From the sequence record OR887633: DNA of 64,000 nucleotides, one strand, 5' to 3'. The position numbers and the translations under genes were made by a program. Shown piece after piece: positions 11,146 to 21,213 of the stretch. The DNA comes from Shigella phage vb_GEC_SH_GT. The first letter of the stretch is position 1. Each line of letters begins with the position of its first letter. Under the pieces are notes generated by a model, which was not told where the DNA came from, did no database searches, and saw only the letters and a program-made list of their open reading frames with translations.

Positions 11146-11152
11146 ATAAATA
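11145..11152 (+). promoter_or_regulatory. late promoter TATAAATA for gene 36
   Basis: exact TATAAATA 24 nt upstream of gene 36 ATG. Confidence 0.65.
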
Positions 11153-11175
11153 CTATTAAAATAAAGGGGCATACA

Positions 11176-11841
11176 ATGGCTGATTTAAAAGTAGGTTCAA
11201 CAACTGGAGGCTCTGTCATTTGGCATCAAGGAAATTTTCCATTGAATCCAGCCGGTGACGATGTACTCTATAAATCATTTAAAATATATTCAGAATATAA
11301 CAAACCGCAAGCTGCTGATAACGATTTCGTTTCTAAAGCTAATGGTGGTACTTATGCATCAAAGGTAACATTTAACGCTGGCATTCAAATCCCGTATGCT
11401 CCAAACATCATGAGCCCATGCGGTATTTATCCTGGCAATGGAGATGCAGCTACTTTTGTTACAGCAAATATTGATATTGTTTCATGGTATGGCGTAGGAT
11501 TTAAATCATCGCAAGGATCTGCCGGTAGAACTGTAGTAATCAATACACGTAATGGTGATATTAATACAAAAGGTGTTGTGTTGGCAGCTGGTCAAGTAAG
11601 AAGTGATGCGGCTGCTCCTATAGCAGCGAATGACCTTACTAGAAAGGACTATGTTGACGGAGCAATAAATACTGTTACGGCAAATGCGAACTCTAGAGTG
11701 TTACGATCTGGTGATACTATGACTGGAAACTTAACCGCACCAAACTTTTTCTCACAGAATCCTGCATCTCAACCTTCACATGTTCCACGATTTGACCAAA
11801 TCGTAATTAAGGATTCTGTTCAAGATTTCGGCTATTATTAA
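11176..11841 (+). CDS. 36: long tail fibre distal connector gp36
   Basis: 221-aa ORF; synteny. Confidence 0.85.
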   Translation: MADLKVGSTTGGSVIWHQGNFPLNPAGDDVLYKSFKIYSEYNKPQAADNDFVSKANGGTYASKVTFNAGIQIPYAPNIMSPCGIYPGNGDAATFVTANIDIVSWYGVGFKSSQGSAGRTVVINTRNGDINTKGVVLAAGQVRSDAAAPIAANDLTRKDYVDGAINTVTANANSRVLRSGDTMTGNLTAPNFFSQNPASQPSHVPRFDQIVIKDSVQDFGYY

Positions 11842-11849
11842 GAGGACTT

Positions 11850-14800
11850 ATGGCTACTTTAAAACAAATACAATTTAAAAGAAGCAAAACCGCAGGTGCA
11901 CGTCCTGCTGCTTCAGTATTAGCCGAAGGTGAATTGGCTATAAACTTAAAAGATAGAACAATTTTTACTAAAGATGATTCAGGAAATATCATTGACTTAA
12001 GCATTTCCGCTGGTGGTAATATCAGTGGAAATGTAACTATTGATGGAACTTTACGCGTCAATGGACCAATAAACAATTTTGGAAATTTTTCCACAAGTGG
12101 CCAGATTACCGCTGGTAGTAGTATTTCAGCTCAAGTTTTTAGAGCATTGCAAGGTTCGTTTTATACAAGAGCTTCAGCCGGTGAAACAGCAAATGCCCAT
12201 TTATGGTTTGAAAATGCCGATGGCACTGAACGTGGCGTTATATATGCTCGTCCTCAAACTACAACTGCCGGTGAAATACGCCTTAGGGTTAGACAAGGAA
12301 CAGGAAGCACTACCAATAGTGAATTCTATTTCCGCTCTATAAATGGAGGCGAATTTCAGGCTAACCGTATTTTAGCTTCGGATGCATTAGTAACAAAACG
12401 CATTGCGGTTGATACTGTTATTCACGATGCCAAAACGTTTGGACAATATGATTCTCACTCTTTGGTCAACTATGTTTATCCTGGAACAGGTGAAACAAAC
12501 GGAATCAATTACCTTCGCAAATTCCGTGCTAAATCTGGTGGTACAATTTATCATGAATTAGCTTCTGCGCAAACCGGAAAAAGTGATGAACTTTCTTGGT
12601 GGACTGGTAATACAGCGGTTAATAAACAAATGGGCCTTCGCAATGATGGATCTTTAGTATTACGACGTTCACTTGCAATTGGTACAATTACAACAGATGA
12701 AAACATCAATAACTACGGTTCCACTGGAGCAATGGGTGAATGTTATATAGTTATTGGTGATGCATCAACAGGTTTATCATACAAAAAAACTGGGGTATAT
12801 GACTTAGTTGCTAGTGGTCTTTCTGTAGCATCTATTACTCCTGATAGTTTCCGTAGTACTCGTAAAGCATTATTTGGACGTTCAGAAGACCAAGGTGGTA
12901 CGTGGCTTCTTCCTGGTCAGAACGCAGCTCTTCTTTCAGTTCGTACTGAAGTTGACCAAAATAATAACGGAGATGGTCAGACACATATTGGCTATAATAG
13001 TAATGGTAAATTTTATCATTATTTTAGAGGCAGAGGAAGAATGGCCATTGGAATGGCCGAAGGACTTATTGTTGAACCAGGAATTTTAGATATTAAAACT
13101 AGTTCAAATACATTAAGTTTGCGTGCTGATGGTACCGTCGCTTCTGTTCAAACATTAAAGCTTAATAATGGATTATATTTTAATAGTGATGGAACTAACG
13201 CTTCTCTAATTTTTAAAGCAGCTTCAGGTATTGATGGTACTAAACAGATACTTTGGGAAGGTGGTACTCGTGCTGGGCAGAATAAGAGCTATGTAGCTGT
13301 TAAAGCATGGGGTAATTCATTTAACGCATCTGGCGATCGTAATCGTGAAACGGTTTTTGAAGTAGCTGATGGGCAAGGATATTATTTTTATTCACAGCGT
13401 GTGGCTCCAAGTGGCTCTGAAACTACTGGGCCTGTTGTAACCCAGTTCAATGGACAAGTTAATGCTAGAGGAAGTATTATTACTGACGGAAGTTTTAAAG
13501 TTAATGGATTAAGCACTTTAGTCGGTAATGTTACTATGTCTAATGGTTTGTTTGTCCAAGGTGGTTCTTCTATTACTGGACAGGTAAAAATTGGTGGAAC
13601 GGCTGATGCATTAAGAATTTGGAATGCTGAATACGGTGCTATTTTCCGCCGTTCAGAAGCGTCATTACATATTATCCCTACTCCTAAAGATGCCGGTGAA
13701 AGCGGTGGAATAAGTAATCTCCGCCCACTTAGTATTAGCCTTAATAATGGTATGGTGCAAATGCGTCATTCCGTTACATTAGGTGATGATGGCGCAGGCG
13801 GTAATATGGTGACGGTTGATAATGATTCTAAAGTTATGGTAATGACGACTAATAGCCGTATTAGTCCTAACTTCCGTATGCAAATTGGACAGTCGTCTTA
13901 TATTGATGTGGAATGTACTGATGCTGTGAGACCTGCTGGAGCCGGTTCTTTTGCTTCACAGAATAACGAAAACGTTCGCGCTCCGTTCTATATGAATATT
14001 GATAGAACAGATACAAGCACTTATGTTCCTATTGTGAAACAAAGATACGTTCAAAATAATAGTTGCTATTCTATTGGTACTTTAATTAATGGTGGTAACT
14101 TTAGAGTTCATTATCATGAAGGCGGTGACGGCGTTTCTACTGGTGCTATTATAAAGGATCTTGGATGGGAATTTAATAAAAACGGTGATTTTTATTCTCC
14201 TGGTAAATTAGGCGCTGGAAATATTAGAATAGGTACTGATGGTAATATTACTGGCGGAACTGGTAACTTTGCTAACTTGAACACAACTATCGAATCATTA
14301 AAAACCGATATTGTTTCAAGTTATCCTATTGGAGCTCCTATTCCATGGCCTACAGATACTCCTCCTAATGGTTACGCTATTATGGAAGGACAGACTTTTG
14401 ATAAGTCTGCATACCCAAAATTGGCTATAGCTTACCCATCTGGAGTAATTCCTGATATGCGCGGGCAAACTATCAAAGGTAAACCAAGCGGTCGTGCTGT
14501 GTTAAGTGCAGAAGCTGATGGTGTTAAGGCTCATAACCATAGTGCTTCAGCATCTAATACTGATTTAGGTACTAAAACTACATCAAGCTTTGATTATGGC
14601 ACTAAGACGACAAGTAGCTTTGATTATGGCACTAAGACTAGCAATACCACAGGTAACCACTCTCATACTGTAAGCGGTACTACGAGTTCTGCTGGTGCAC
14701 ACCAACATGCGCGCTCAGGTCCTCAGATACAAGCCGGCATACCCAATAACATATTCTATGACGGATATAATAGTGTAGGTGCAAACGCCAACGCTAAATT

Positions 14801-15077
14801 CACTGGAACCGTGAACGGTGCTACTGCAGGGTCGAATATAGCCAAAACTTCTTCAGACGGTGCTCATACTCATACTTGGTCTGGTACTACAAGCACTACA
14901 GGTAACCATGCTCACACAGTAGGTATTGGTGCTCATACCCATACTGTAGGTATCGGTGCTCATACCCACACGGTAGCAATTGGCTCGCATGGTCATACTA
15001 TCACTGTAAATAGTACAGGTAATACAGAAAACACGGTTAAAAACATTGCTTTTAACTATATCGTTCGTTTAGCATAA
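11850..15077 (+). CDS. 37: long tail fibre distal subunit / receptor-binding adhesin gp37
   Basis: 1075-aa ORF; C-terminal His-x-His boxes (GNHSHT, GAHTHT, GSHGHT); segment homologous to gp34 (WGNxF...TVFEV...YFYSQR). Confidence 0.9.
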   Translation: MATLKQIQFKRSKTAGARPAASVLAEGELAINLKDRTIFTKDDSGNIIDLSISAGGNISGNVTIDGTLRVNGPINNFGNFSTSGQITAGSSISAQVFRALQGSFYTRASAGETANAHLWFENADGTERGVIYARPQTTTAGEIRLRVRQGTGSTTNSEFYFRSINGGEFQANRILASDALVTKRIAVDTVIHDAKTFGQYDSHSLVNYVYPGTGETNGINYLRKFRAKSGGTIYHELASAQTGKSDELSWWTGNTAVNKQMGLRNDGSLVLRRSLAIGTITTDENINNYGSTGAMGECYIVIGDASTGLSYKKTGVYDLVASGLSVASITPDSFRSTRKALFGRSEDQGGTWLLPGQNAALLSVRTEVDQNNNGDGQTHIGYNSNGKFYHYFRGRGRMAIGMAEGLIVEPGILDIKTSSNTLSLRADGTVASVQTLKLNNGLYFNSDGTNASLIFKAASGIDGTKQILWEGGTRAGQNKSYVAVKAWGNSFNASGDRNRETVFEVADGQGYYFYSQRVAPSGSETTGPVVTQFNGQVNARGSIITDGSFKVNGLSTLVGNVTMSNGLFVQGGSSITGQVKIGGTADALRIWNAEYGAIFRRSEASLHIIPTPKDAGESGGISNLRPLSISLNNGMVQMRHSVTLGDDGAGGNMVTVDNDSKVMVMTTNSRISPNFRMQIGQSSYIDVECTDAVRPAGAGSFASQNNENVRAPFYMNIDRTDTSTYVPIVKQRYVQNNSCYSIGTLINGGNFRVHYHEGGDGVSTGAIIKDLGWEFNKNGDFYSPGKLGAGNIRIGTDGNITGGTGNFANLNTTIESLKTDIVSSYPIGAPIPWPTDTPPNGYAIMEGQTFDKSAYPKLAIAYPSGVIPDMRGQTIKGKPSGRAVLSAEADGVKAHNHSASASNTDLGTKTTSSFDYGTKTTSSFDYGTKTSNTTGNHSHTVSGTTSSAGAHQHARSGPQIQAGIPNNIFYDGYNSVGANANAKFTGTVNGATAGSNIAKTSSDGAHTHTWSGTTSTTGNHAHTVGIGAHTHTVGIGAHTHTVAIGSHGHTITVNSTGNTENTVKNIAFNYIVRLA
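14568..14640 (+). repeat. in-frame 30-bp tandem repeat encoding [10 protein letters not shown] x2 plus partial third copy
   Basis: units 14568-14597 and 14598-14627 differ at 7 synonymous positions. Confidence 0.85.
14919..14999 (+). repeat. in-frame 27-bp tandem repeat x3 encoding His-box units VGIGAHTHT / VGIGAHTHT / VAIGSHGHT
   Basis: units 14919-14945, 14946-14972, 14973-14999; first two differ by 3 synonymous nt. Confidence 0.85.
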
Positions 15078-15107
15078 GGAGAGGGGCTTCGGCCCCTTCT
15101 AAATATG
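15077..15107 (+). promoter_or_regulatory. gene 38 translation initiation region with hairpin between SD and AUG
   Basis: AAGGAG at 15077-15082, GGGGC-TTCG-GCCCC hairpin 15084-15097, ATG at 15105; 22-nt linear SD-AUG spacing. Confidence 0.5.
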
Positions 15108-15656
15108 AAAATATATCATTATTATTTTGACACTAAAGAATTTTACAAAGAAGAAAATTACAAACCGGTTAAAGGCCTCGGTCTTCCTGCTCATTCAACA
15201 ATTAAAAAACCTTTAGAACCTAAAGAAGGATATGCAGTTGTATTTGATGAACGTACTCAGGATTGGATTTATGAAGAAGACCATCGCGGAAAACGAGCAT
15301 GGACTTTTAATAAAGAAGAAATTTTTATAAGTGAAATTGGAAGCCCGGTTGGTATAACTTTTGATGAGCCCGGCGAATTTGATATATGGACTGATGACGG
15401 TTGGAAAGAAGACGAAACATATAAGCGAGTTTTAATTCGTAATAGAAAAATTGAAGAATTATATAAAGAGTTCCAAGTTTTAAATAATATGATTGAAGCT
15501 TCTGTCGCCAATAAAAAGGAAAAATTTTATTATAAAAACCTTAAGCGGTTCTTTGCTCTTTTAGAAAAGCATGAGCATTTAGGTGGTGAATTCCCTTCAT
15601 GGCCTGAAAAAGAACGGAAACCTTGGTATAAGCGTTTATTCAAGCATTACGTATAA
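15105..15656 (+). CDS. 38: tail fibre assembly/adhesin chaperone gp38 (T4-type, 183 aa)
   Basis: 183-aa ORF immediately after 37. Confidence 0.8.
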   Translation: MKIYHYYFDTKEFYKEENYKPVKGLGLPAHSTIKKPLEPKEGYAVVFDERTQDWIYEEDHRGKRAWTFNKEEIFISEIGSPVGITFDEPGEFDIWTDDGWKEDETYKRVLIRNRKIEELYKEFQVLNNMIEASVANKKEKFYYKNLKRFFALLEKHEHLGGEFPSWPEKERKPWYKRLFKHYV

Positions 15657-15659
15657 ATA
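15652..15659 (+). promoter_or_regulatory. late promoter TATAAATA for holin t
   Basis: exact TATAAATA 18 nt upstream of t ATG, overlapping end of gene 38. Confidence 0.65.
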
Positions 15660-15676
15660 TCTTAAAAGGAGGGTCT

Positions 15677-16333
15677 ATGGCAGCACCTAGAATATCATTT
15701 TCACCCTCTGATATTCTATTTGGTGTTCTAGATCGCTTGTTCAAAGATAACGCTACCGGGAAAGTTCTTGCTTCCCGGGTAGCTGTCGTAATTCTTTTAT
15801 TTATGATGGCGATTGTTTGGTATAGGGGAGATAGTTTCTTTGAGTACTATAAGCAATCAAAGTATGAAACATACAGTGAAATTATTGAAAAGGAAAGAAA
15901 TGCACGCTTTGAATCTGTCGCCCTGGAACAACTCCAGATAGTTCATATATCATCTGAGGCAGACTTTAGTGCGGTGTATTCTTTCCGCCCTAAAAACTTA
16001 AACTATTTTGTTGATATTATAGCATATGAAGGAAGATTACCTTCAACAATAACTGAAAAATCACTTGGAGGATATCCTGTTGATAAAACTATGGATGAAT
16101 ACACAGTTCATTTAAATGGACGTCATTATTATTCCAACTCAAAATTTGCTTTTTTACCAACTAAAAAGCCTACTCCCGAAATAAACTACATGTACAGTTG
16201 TCCATATTTTAATTTGGATAATATCTATGCTGGAACAATAACCATGTACTGGTATAGAAATGATCATATAAGTAATGACCGCCTTGAATCAATATGTGCT
16301 CAGGCGGCCAGAATATTAGGAAGGGCTAAATAA
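15677..16333 (+). CDS. t: holin
   Basis: 218 aa; single N-terminal TM segment (VAVVILLFMMAIVWY) with large C-terminal domain; GGAGGG SD. Confidence 0.85.
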   Translation: MAAPRISFSPSDILFGVLDRLFKDNATGKVLASRVAVVILLFMMAIVWYRGDSFFEYYKQSKYETYSEIIEKERNARFESVALEQLQIVHISSEADFSAVYSFRPKNLNYFVDIIAYEGRLPSTITEKSLGGYPVDKTMDEYTVHLNGRHYYSNSKFAFLPTKKPTPEINYMYSCPYFNLDNIYAGTITMYWYRNDHISNDRLESICAQAARILGRAK

Positions 16334-16606
16334 TTATTTGTTCGTATACATCTCTAGATATCGATATACACCCTCAAAACCCTCGTTGAATTCGTCGATG
16401 AGGGTTTTCTTATCTTCTTGAGTTAATTCGGAAACAATTTTACGGAATGAATTCTGATTTAACTTTCTACCTTCATGCGTTACTCCAATCTCATTCAGAA
16501 ATGCAATAAAATTAGCACGATTCTCAACAATATCTTCTCTGGAAAATTTAATCAAAATAGACGCAACAGTAATAATTTCACGAACTGTATCAATGTTTTT
16601 ATTCAT
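16334..16606 (-). CDS. asiA: anti-sigma70 factor AsiA
   Basis: 90-aa ORF; sequence and position match T4 AsiA. Confidence 0.85.
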   Translation of the reverse strand: MNKNIDTVREIITVASILIKFSREDIVENRANFIAFLNEIGVTHEGRKLNQNSFRKIVSELTQEDKKTLIDEFNEGFEGVYRYLEMYTNK

Positions 16607-16618
16607 TAACTATACCAC

Positions 16619-16771
16619 TCAATTAGTTGACTTTGTTATAATATCATCAGACGCGTGATTTGTAAACTGGTCTGTGTTATTTTCTTCAAAAATTTTTTCT
16701 ACGAATTCCTTGAACGACTTACGTTCCTGAGCTACATTATGCTCGATTACCTTTTCAAGATTATGACTCAT
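16619..16771 (-). CDS. small hypothetical protein (asiA.1 position, 50 aa)
   Basis: ATG overlaps arn stop (ATGA); below ORF-track cutoff. Confidence 0.4.
   Translation of the reverse strand: MSHNLEKVIEHNVAQERKSFKEFVEKIFEENNTDQFTNHASDDIITKSTN
16638..16667 (-). promoter_or_regulatory. early promoter for asiA inside upstream small ORF
   Basis: GTTTAC (16667-16662), 18-bp spacer, TATTAT (16643-16638). Confidence 0.45.
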
Positions 16772-17046
16772 TCGAAATAATCTTCAATTTCATAATCATG
16801 GACATAAATCATTATAGTTTTTAATACATCATCAATACTTTTTCCTGGAGCTGGAATTACGTAAAAATATCCTGCTTTTGAGAGGTCTTTATAAGTTCCA
16901 ATCAAGAAATCATTATTCTCAAGATGTAGTTCTTCAACTAATTCATTAACAATTGAGTGGTATAAATTTGGTAGAAACTTATATAGCTTTTCTAGAATAT
17001 CAATTTTGATTGTGTATTGAACCACAGACTGAGAATCAATAATCAT
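16768..17046 (-). CDS. arn: anti-restriction nuclease Arn (McrBC inhibitor)
   Basis: 92-aa acidic ORF; sequence and position match T4 Arn. Confidence 0.75.
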   Translation of the reverse strand: MIIDSQSVVQYTIKIDILEKLYKFLPNLYHSIVNELVEELHLENNDFLIGTYKDLSKAGYFYVIPAPGKSIDDVLKTIMIYVHDYEIEDYFE

Positions 17047-17155
17047 AGACCTTCCCCTTATGTTTCTGTTTGCGATTAGATTCTTTAAACGCTTTCTTCT
17101 TATCTTTATGAACAGAAGCTTTATTAAAATTATGCTTTGCGACTAAATTGTTCAT
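17036..17155 (-). CDS. small highly basic hypothetical protein (39 aa)
   Basis: ATG ORF overlapping neighbours; speculative. Confidence 0.25.
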   Translation of the reverse strand: MNNLVAKHNFNKASVHKDKKKAFKESNRKQKHKGKVYDY

Positions 17156-17348
17156 AGTGCTGAATTACCTCTCTCAAGCATTTGCATGTGAATGAAAACT
17201 TTTTAGCTACACCACATTCAAATATATGTTCTCTTAAATCACGTGTATCGGTATATCCCATCTCAACAATAAAATGCCGTATTAAATTTTTATCTTTATC
17301 ATTGAGAGAATTAAAATAATCGGATTTTGAATTAATTTCCCTGGCCAA
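17130..17348 (-). CDS. hypothetical early protein
   Basis: 72-aa ORF; only TTG start available in frame. Confidence 0.35.
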   Translation of the reverse strand: MAREINSKSDYFNSLNDKDKNLIRHFIVEMGYTDTRDLREHIFECGVAKKFSFTCKCLREVIQHYEQFSRKA

Positions 17349-17628
17349 ATTGAATCACCTTCAGTTGACGTTTTAACTCTTTTATCATTTCTTCGTTCAT
17401 CGCAATATAAAGATCGCGTAAAGCAGGTTTTAACATTCCATTTACTGGAGAACTAAATGGACATACATAATCTTTTCCTACGAGCTTTTTAGTGAATTCC
17501 ATATCACAGAACTTAAATCCCGGCTCATTGGTATAAATTCCCCAATTAATTGACATCATTTTATTGGCATATTCCAGTGCCTGGATTTGATTCATAATTC
17601 CATCAATTTGAAACTTTTTAATATTCAT
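17332..17628 (-). CDS. hypothetical early protein
   Basis: 98-aa ORF, ATG start. Confidence 0.45.
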   Translation of the reverse strand: MNIKKFQIDGIMNQIQALEYANKMMSINWGIYTNEPGFKFCDMEFTKKLVGKDYVCPFSSPVNGMLKPALRDLYIAMNEEMIKELKRQLKVIQFGQGN

Positions 17629-18089
17629 TAGTAAAGGTCCTCAGAGTAAAGTTCTTTTTCACTACCACCGCGTTCAATACGTACTTGTCCAGCGTAAGTT
17701 GCAATAATCATTGCTTCTTCACGTGTCCAATAATTACTATATTGGTCAATAAACCCTTGGTCATCATCACAAACTTGCTGAGTAACCAATTGAGGTTTAA
17801 CTACATCTAAAACTTCTGCCATATCTTTAGAATAATGACGAGCACCTGGAATAATAAGAGTTCGTCCATCTTTTAATTTAAAACGGTTGGCTGCACAGAC
17901 AATTCGTCGTTGATACTTTTGGTTTTCATCCCAATATGCAGTCTGCCAACAAATTTCAGGAACTTCTTTCAGAATATCTTCTTCTGTGCATTTATAACCA
18001 TGCGCTTTAAATTTTTGAACAAGACTCTCCGGAGTCTCACGAGATAAAGACACATTCAGCATTTTTAAACGATTAATAAATGGGTTCAT
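17628..18089 (-). CDS. hypothetical early protein
   Basis: 153-aa ORF, ATG start. Confidence 0.5.
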   Translation of the reverse strand: MNPFINRLKMLNVSLSRETPESLVQKFKAHGYKCTEEDILKEVPEICWQTAYWDENQKYQRRIVCAANRFKLKDGRTLIIPGARHYSKDMAEVLDVVKPQLVTQQVCDDDQGFIDQYSNYWTREEAMIIATYAGQVRIERGGSEKELYSEDLY

Positions 18090-18415
18090 TTAAACCATCC
18101 TTTAATACGTTGCCACAAAGTTTTCTGCTGAGCTTTGTTAACACCAATTGAACGAATAACCGGTTGAGATTCCTGGAATTCTTTATAATCGGCAAGGTAA
18201 ATTTCGTAAGCTGCATCCGTAAATGAACTTATCGCTGCCATAAAATTATTGCGAATACCTACTGGAGCATCTTTACTTTCACGAATAATCATGTATTTAC
18301 CAGTCTTAATCTTTACGATAGTTCCAAGATAAGCTCCATGGTACCAAATATCCCAACCCTCTTGAGTAGGTTCTGCGCAACGACGAAGTTCATTAACAAT
18401 TTCTAACTTGTTCAT
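18086..18415 (-). CDS. hypothetical early protein
   Basis: 109-aa ORF, ATG start. Confidence 0.5.
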   Translation of the reverse strand: MNKLEIVNELRRCAEPTQEGWDIWYHGAYLGTIVKIKTGKYMIIRESKDAPVGIRNNFMAAISSFTDAAYEIYLADYKEFQESQPVIRSIGVNKAQQKTLWQRIKGWFK

Positions 18416-18425
18416 TATTTATTCC

Positions 18426-19061
18426 TCACAGTTCAGATGCTACAGCGATTACAGCTTCAATGTTTTCTGCCGAGCGTTTAATGTCAAGATACACATTACC
18501 GTTTTTAGCGATTTTACATGACATTCCGATATCAGTAAATTTCTGAATATGATGTTCCATCATTTTGTATCCAAAAATTCGCATATTTCCATTGTTGTTA
18601 ATTTCAAAATTACGAATTCCGTGAGTGCGTTTTTCTAAAATAGCAAGATAGTTACTGCGATAAGTTTCAACCTTTTTAAGAACAAATCCATTTTCATCCA
18701 AAAGTTTTAACATGAGGTCTTTATCTTCTTCCATATCTGAAGTAATCTCGCGAGCTTTACGAGTTGCTCGTTTTTTAAGCAGTTCCGGAGCATTTTCCTG
18801 TGCGTATAAAGTTGCTGCATTTGAAATAATATCCTGGGCTTCACCAGTAATGATTAATCCATCACCAGATTTCTCCACCAGGCCTTTTTTAATCAACACC
18901 CCAATATTACTATTAACTACTGCATTACCTAAATCTGGATGCACCTCACGAACTTCTGCAGCTGTAATGAAATCTTTCTTAGCAATAGTAATTAAAATCG
19001 CAGCAGTTTTTTCATTCAGAACATCGTTAGAAGCTTTGATGATGTAAGTTACTTTAGACAT
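18426..19061 (-). CDS. motA: middle-promoter transcription activator MotA
   Basis: 211-aa ORF; sequence and position match T4 MotA. Confidence 0.85.
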   Translation of the reverse strand: MSKVTYIIKASNDVLNEKTAAILITIAKKDFITAAEVREVHPDLGNAVVNSNIGVLIKKGLVEKSGDGLIITGEAQDIISNAATLYAQENAPELLKKRATRKAREITSDMEEDKDLMLKLLDENGFVLKKVETYRSNYLAILEKRTHGIRNFEINNNGNMRIFGYKMMEHHIQKFTDIGMSCKIAKNGNVYLDIKRSAENIEAVIAVASEL

Positions 19062-19102
19062 TTTCTAATCTCCGTAATTCTGTATCAGTAGTTGATAGTT
19101 GT

Positions 19103-19132
19103 ATAGTACCATAGAATGCTTTGGTTGTAAAC
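19103..19132 (-). promoter_or_regulatory. T4-type early promoter for motA
   Basis: GTTTAC (19132-19127), 18-bp spacer, TACTAT (19108-19103). Confidence 0.6.
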
Positions 19133-19157
19133 AGTTTTGTGAAAAAATTTTTGAAAT

Positions 19158-19183
19158 AAAAAAGGGAGAGCCGAGGCTCTCCC
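19158..19183 (-). terminator. rho-independent terminator
   Basis: GGGAGAGCC/GGCTCTCCC hairpin followed by U-run on minus strand. Confidence 0.6.
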
Positions 19184-19188
19184 TAAAA

Positions 19189-19338
19189 TTACTGCATGAA
19201 TGTGATAACTATCATGATAACACGTTGAATTCCGAACGCAAGAAGACCTCCTGCTACGGCTGGAACAACGCCTAAACCCGCCAGTAAAATGCTACCAGAT
19301 ACTAATGCAGCGCTTGTAATACCAATGAATGGACTCAT
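19189..19338 (-). CDS. small membrane protein (49 aa)
   Basis: hydrophobic ORF; ATG overlaps gene 52 stop (ATGA); below track cutoff. Confidence 0.4.
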   Translation of the reverse strand: MSPFIGITSAALVSGSILLAGLGVVPAVAGGLLAFGIQRVIMIVITFMQ

Positions 19339-20663
19339 TTGATTTCCTCTAAATCTTTAGTGTATTCAGTAACTACATCAGTAGTTTTCCAATATTCGTT
19401 TTCTTCTTTTTTAGCTTTAGCTTCTTCAGCAAGTTTCTTCGCTTCATCGGAAGTCATATGAAAAATATTCATTCCAACTAGTTTATCAACATAAGAAGAA
19501 TACATCTCAATTTTAGAAAGTTCTTCGGTCAGTTCTTTACGAGTTTTACCCTGTACAACAATTTCACCTGAAATTACTTTCTTAATGAAATGTGCCTTGG
19601 CAAAGGCTAAACGAAAGGCTGACTCAGTTTCTTTAATTTTGTTATCAATTCGTTTTTGGACATAAGTTTTACGAACTTCAACGAAGTCTTTAATTAAATC
19701 AACTACGTTATCGTAAACTTGTAGTTTTCCTTTCTCATTAATAACCGTAATATTCTGAGAACGACGCTCAATCAACCCGAAGTCTTTCATAATTTTTGCA
19801 TGGCGTTCTTCTTCATTATCGCTCAAAGAATATTCTTTGCGGAATTTAACTTTGAATCCAAAACCGTGCTCACCGCAAGCATCATCCCATGTAATGAAGC
19901 CTTTATCTTCAAGTGGGTCTAAGATTTTACTCACATAAGTTTCACGATCATACTTATACGGAATCTCAGTGATATGCATTTGAGTTCGTGAAGTAAACTT
20001 ATATGTTCCACGAATTTCATATTGCCCATCAATTTCAACGACTTCACCACGAAATTCTGGGAATTCTACCTTCGGTTTAGTTACTTTCTTTCCTTGAAGA
20101 GCTTGCAGTACAGCTTTCTTGACAGAAGAAACACTATGAGGAAGAATGTAAGTTGCATAACCAGTTGCAATACCGGAAACGCCATTAAGAAGAACAGTAG
20201 GAATAATAGGCAAATAGAAAGCAGGCGGAATGTGTTCTTTATCTTGATGTACTGGAGCATATTCAGTATCTTTATATACGTTATAGAAATTTTTACTTAC
20301 ACGAGCAAAAATATAACGACTTGCCGCTGCCTTTTGGACAGTACGAGAACCAAAGTTTCCTTGACCATCTAACAGAGGAAAGTTATTATTCCAAGTGTTA
20401 GCCATCAAAGCGCCTGCGTCTTGCGCAGAGTTTTCACCATGATGATATCCAAGGTCCGCTACACCGCCTGCAATAGAAGCGAGTTTGTGAAACTTATCTT
20501 TATTTCCTCGTGCCAAATCAAGAGCTCGAGCAATAACAAATCGTTGAACTGGCTTAAATCCATCAATCATATTTGGAATAGCACGATTTTCAACCGTGTA
20601 CATAGCATAAGCCAATGCTTCATTATCAATGATACTTTTTAAATCGCGATTATTCAGTTGCAT
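19335..20663 (-). CDS. 52: DNA topoisomerase II medium subunit gp52 (GyrA-like)
   Basis: 442-aa ORF; GyrA-like cleavage/religation domain; synteny. Confidence 0.85.
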   Translation of the reverse strand: MQLNNRDLKSIIDNEALAYAMYTVENRAIPNMIDGFKPVQRFVIARALDLARGNKDKFHKLASIAGGVADLGYHHGENSAQDAGALMANTWNNNFPLLDGQGNFGSRTVQKAAASRYIFARVSKNFYNVYKDTEYAPVHQDKEHIPPAFYLPIIPTVLLNGVSGIATGYATYILPHSVSSVKKAVLQALQGKKVTKPKVEFPEFRGEVVEIDGQYEIRGTYKFTSRTQMHITEIPYKYDRETYVSKILDPLEDKGFITWDDACGEHGFGFKVKFRKEYSLSDNEEERHAKIMKDFGLIERRSQNITVINEKGKLQVYDNVVDLIKDFVEVRKTYVQKRIDNKIKETESAFRLAFAKAHFIKKVISGEIVVQGKTRKELTEELSKIEMYSSYVDKLVGMNIFHMTSDEAKKLAEEAKAKKEENEYWKTTDVVTEYTKDLEEIK

Positions 20664-20667
20664 AAAT

Positions 20668-20808
20668 TTACCATACTAGTGAATGTAGTGCCATAATAAC
20701 ATCAGAAATGAAAAGCACGACTTGAATTAATCCGAACATTACTCCATAATATAGTGCTACCAATAAAGTAGCAAGGGCTAGTGAATAGCCCAAGATTTTC
20801 TTAATCAT
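20668..20808 (-). CDS. small membrane protein (46 aa)
   Basis: hydrophobic ORF read manually. Confidence 0.3.
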   Translation of the reverse strand: MIKKILGYSLALATLLVALYYGVMFGLIQVVLFISDVIMALHSLVW

Positions 20809-20959
20809 TAGTAGATAACAACACAAATGTTAAATATGCACACATACCCTGGGCTAAAGCTTGTGAAAACACACTGCTAGCATCGATACAGATAGTTAAA
20901 ACACATGCTACTATCCAACAAATAAATGAAATAACTCCTAATAATTTTGCGATATTCAT
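20801..20959 (-). CDS. small membrane protein (52 aa)
   Basis: hydrophobic ORF with GAGGAAAA SD, downstream of stp. Confidence 0.35.
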   Translation of the reverse strand: MNIAKLLGVISFICWIVACVLTICIDASSVFSQALAQGMCAYLTFVLLSTND

Positions 20960-20966
20960 ATTTTCC

Positions 20967-21047
20967 TCACTGGCGTCCAAAGACGCCTTTAGTTTTAAGA
21001 TTATTACGATAGAACTGCATCACATGTTCGTTATGGAAATTACTCAT
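20967..21047 (-). CDS. stp: Stp peptide (26 aa; anticodon-nuclease PrrC activator / restriction alleviation)
   Basis: manual translation gives [26 protein letters not shown], matching T4 Stp as recalled. Confidence 0.75.
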
Positions 21048-21213
21048 ACACACCACACATTTTGCATAAACGTTCAAAACAGATAAATCCGCCACCTACA
21101 CACATCACGACAGCCACATTATCATTAAGAGGTAGACCTAAAGCCGTAAAGATTCCAGTCAATGTGAATAAGGCTAAAACTAATAGGTAACCCATTACAA
21201 ATAGAGCTTTCAT
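21040..21213 (-). CDS. small membrane protein (57 aa)
   Basis: hydrophobic ORF; stop overlaps stp start, start overlaps ndd stop. Confidence 0.35.

Noticed and set aside
12079-13089. Alternative-frame ORFs inside gene 37 and the 11807-12094 ORF across the 36/37 junction
   Set aside because: Shadow ORFs of the tail-fibre coding frame.
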